From contig NIVC01000642.1 in the NCBI GenBank assembly GCA_002269645.1, positions 124,001 through 188,000 of the forward strand: a DNA stretch of 64,000 nt. Direction: 5' to 3'. Made by a program: the position numbers and the translations under genes. The stretch comes from Macrostomum lignano (taxonomy: Eukaryota). The notes below the pieces were generated by a model, which did not search any database, was not told the DNA's origin, and saw only the letters and a list, made by a program, of their open reading frames with translations. Every line of letters starts with the position of its first letter. The first letter of the stretch is position 1. Positions 60,801 through 64,000 of this stretch are shown here, piece after piece.

Positions 60801-63800
60801 ACAGTATATAAATTGCATATAGATTGTGTATATATTGTCTTTCAAAATTTCTTCTCTAGTGCATACTGTCCCACTTTCCTACCTATGGTTGCCTATTTGT
60901 ATCCTTATTGTAGACAGTTTTAACCAAGCCAGGAATGTTTACTAATATAAAATGCAATCCCATAGGACAAAGCATAAAAGAACTATTTTTGTGAAACATT
61001 TGCTAAGATTTCTTCTAACTCTTAACTTGTTTTTAAATCTAATTTTAGATGTAGCCAAGAAAGGTTATCAAGATTTCATTGCGACCAGGTAAGTATATTT
61101 ATTGTTCTCCAACAAAATTCTCATTTCTATAAGTATTTTGTCTTTCTTGAGAAAGCAGAAAGTTGATCCAACTTTAAGTAATTTTTTCATCTATTTCCTA
61201 AGAGATAATTTACTTTTCTTCTTATAAAATCTTTGAATGCTGTCTACATGAAAATGCTAAAAAGTTAGCATTTTTTAAATTGGAAGCAGATAGAAAGCAA
61301 ATATTTGCTAATGTGGTATATGGGTTTCTTGTTTTATTGATTTCCCAATTGGACTTTCATCTGTCGTCCATCTCTTCAAGAAGCATTCTTTACCTTGAAC
61401 AGGCCCCCAGCCCGCTGCCCCTACGACAGCCGTCTGTTCCGCTCCATTATCAATCGTCACTTCGAGTCCAGCGACTCTCTGCCGCAGTCATCATCGCAGC
61501 AGCAGCAGCGGCGGCAAAGCTCTGGAAGCAGCTGTCGGAGTCGTCGAAGTCAGGCACCAGCTGAGCGACTCAGCGGCGGCAGCGGCGGACTTGCCGACGT
61601 CAGCAATGGCTCAGTCTCAAGCTCGTTGCATCGTCGGGAATCGTCGCGCAGCGCCATGCTAGTCCAGCGCAGCCTTCGCGAGCTGATGCGCCAGCAGTCG
61701 CTGAGTCAGCAACAGCAGCAGCAGTCTTTAGCGTCCAATCCAGTGTCTCGACGTGAATCCTCGCTGTCCATGGCTCCGCTTGATTCGGCGCCCAGATCGC
61801 CCTGTTTCACCACTCAGGATGAGCTGATTGAGCATCTGGGCGGCTTGCTGACTGACCGCTGCCAGCAGCGACAGGTGCCCCAGGTCAAGACCGAAGATGA
61901 TGCTGAGGAGGGGGTCCGGTTTTTTATTGGCTCCGATCGGACATCCTCGGCCGCTGCCGGCGACGCAGCAGCGCTGGCGAACTCCGCCCAGGCCGTTGCC
62001 GACTGCCTGCTAGGCCTGCCGCCGATGCCCCAGACTGAGCTGTCGCTAAGCGACATCACCGAGCATCAGAGAATTATTAAGCGAAGCAGCGAATTAATCA
62101 TTTTCGCTGTGCAGTGCCTTGATCAGGTCCAGCCGGCGGATTTAGGAGACGACGAGAAATGGACTATGTGAGATCCCTTAACGCTGGATGCTGACCTCTA
62201 ATACCATTGTCCATGTAGGAATCTCTTTTGAATACAATATATTTATATCGTTTCTATTTGTGTACAGGAGCCAGCTCAAAGTGCTCGGTCTCCTCACGGC
62301 TCTGGACCAAGCTGGCTGCGCTGACGATATTGACTCGACAGACGGCGAGGCGTTGCTTAAATGGGTAAGTGAATGGTTGAGGACTTGGATTAATGTATTC
62401 CCCAATAGGCTGGGTCGGTGTATTGTCAGTTGGGTCACATAGATCAATCTAGGCCAATAAAGGCTATTAGGTCAATTCAGGTCATTGGTTCAATTTTAGT
62501 CTTTGGGTCAATTTTATGTCATTGTGACATTTATTTCGGTCCTCTGGTCAATATAGGCCATCGTGTCAATGCGGGTCATCAGGTCAATCTAGGTCATCAT
62601 GTCAATCTTGGTCATCTTGTCAATCTTGGTCATCAGGTCAATCTAGGTCAATCTGGGTCATCATGTCAATCTGGGTCATCAGGTCAATCTAGGTCATCAT
62701 GTCAATCTTGGTCATCAGGTCAATCTGGGTCAATCTGGGTCATCAGGTCAATCTGAGTCATCAGGTCAATTTAGGTCATCATGTCAATCTTGGTCATCAG
62801 GTCAATCTAGGTCAATCTGGGTCATCATGTCAATCTTGGTCATTTAGGTCAATCTAGGTCAATCTGGGTCATCAGGTCAATTTAGGTCATCATGTCAATC
62901 TTGGTCATCAGGTCAATCTAGGTCAATCTAGGTCATCATGTCAATCTTGGTCATTTAGGTCAATCTAGGTCAATCTGGGTCATCAGGTCAATTTAGGTCA
63001 TCGTGTCAATCTTGGTCATCAGGTTAATCTAGGTCAATATTAAGTCATTCAGGTCAATTTAGGTCAATCTAGGTCATTTAGGTCAATCTAGGTCATTCAG
63101 GTCAATCTAGGTCATCAGGTCATCTAGGTCATTTAGGTCAATCCTGGTCATTCAGGTCAATCTATGTCATTCGGGTCAATCTGGGTCATTCAGGTCAATT
63201 TAGGTCATCCGGTCATCTAGGTCATTCAGGTCAATCCTGGTCATTCAGGTCAATCTAGGTCATTCGGATCAATCTAAGTCATTCAGGTCAATCTAGGTCA
63301 TTCGGGTCAATCTAGGTCATTCAGGTCAATCTAGGTCTTTCGGGTCAATCTAGGTCATTCAGGTCATTCTAGGTCATTCGGGTCAATCTAGGTCATTCAG
63401 GTCAATATAGGTCATCAGGTTAATCTAGGTCAATCGTAAGTGATTCAGGTCAATTTAGGTCAATCTAGGTCATTCAGGTCAATCTAGGTCATTCGGGTCA
63501 ATCTAGGTCATTCAGGTCAATCTAGGTCATTCAGGTCAATGTAGGTCATTAGGTTAAAGGTCAATGTTATCCCTCCAGCCCCCGCCAGTCGTTAACCGCC
63601 CGGCCCCGCTCTCATCATCCGCAGAGCTTTAACCAGCTGCGCAGTCATTTATTCTTCCCGGACGGCCGAGTGTCCAGCTTTCTGTCCGAGCGGCTGGCCT
63701 CCGTCTGGCCGAGCCGTCAGTCCGGCATTGGCCGGCTTGTCCGAGACATTCGTCTGGAGATGGCGCTGCCTGTCAGCGACGACGAAGACGAAGACAGCGA

Positions 63801-64000
63801 CGCTCCGCAGGACGGCGAGCCTCTGTTGAACAGCTTGAACGCCAGCCAGCACGACATCGCCAGCGGTAGCGGCCTTCTCGATGCCACCATCGAGGACGCC
63901 AATGCCGAGTTTCCCGACTTGTCGGCCGCTCCGGCCATACCGGCTTTCTATTGCGGAGTTGAACCGCCGGTGCTGTGCGACACCGGCCGCGACGGTGGTC
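57885..64000 (+). CDS. Unknown protein, partial (continues past window end); Ser/Gln-rich N-terminus, helical and acidic segments
   Basis: Frame-compatible exons 61049-61088, 61403-62167, 62268-62364 and 63625->64000 (open: SFNQLRSHLFFPDGRV...SDDEDEDSD). Exon 57885-57924 (aaaATG, donor GTAAGT, phase 1) is a tentative first coding exon. Confidence 0.6.
59225..60480. repeat. Three adjacent decayed minisatellites (about 22-bp aataatctcatagcagctcttc; gagatgtcaagtctt-type; gagatagctagaaatatcaatgg-type)
   Basis: Imperfect periodicity at 59225-59535, 59540-59830 and 60185-60480. Confidence 0.7.
62560..63555. repeat. GGTCA-based 8-10-bp tandem array
   Basis: aggtcaatct/aggtcatc/aggtcattc subunits fill most of an intron. 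Confidence 0.92.

Overview
This is eukaryotic (animal) genomic DNA: GC-rich coding exons with poly-Ala/Gly/Gln runs, and AT-rich or minisatellite-filled introns. The style suggests a free-living flatworm such as Macrostomum, which is an inference only. I reconstructed five protein-coding genes by hand from splice signals and reading frame. (1) A 7-exon mei-P26/NHL-2-type TRIM-NHL gene (minus, 938 aa) whose six introns are all phase 0 after a CAG codon. (2) A 4-exon orphan type-I membrane glycoprotein (plus, 879 aa), about 1 kb downstream of a collapsed LTR element. (3) A 5-exon BTB-Kelch gene resembling IVNS1ABP (minus, 715 aa) with a probable GC-AG intron. (4) A 113-aa CS/alpha-crystallin-like ORF. 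(5) An unknown gene running off the right edge. The rest is mobile and repetitive DNA: two decayed LINEs, a tRNA-headed SINE family with a covarying hairpin, a Mutator/Phantom-like element with about 677-bp TIRs, several MITEs with intact TSDs, a 140-bp palindrome, a degenerate 28S rRNA fragment, and about 20 distinct tandem arrays. Most long ORFs in the supplied track are repeat artefacts. I found no CRISPR array, intact tRNA/rRNA gene or convincing ribozyme. No single clearly new system is proven; the best leads are the inverted SINE pair around the B-box exons, the all-CAG phase-0 gene structure, and the LTR plus orphan receptor.
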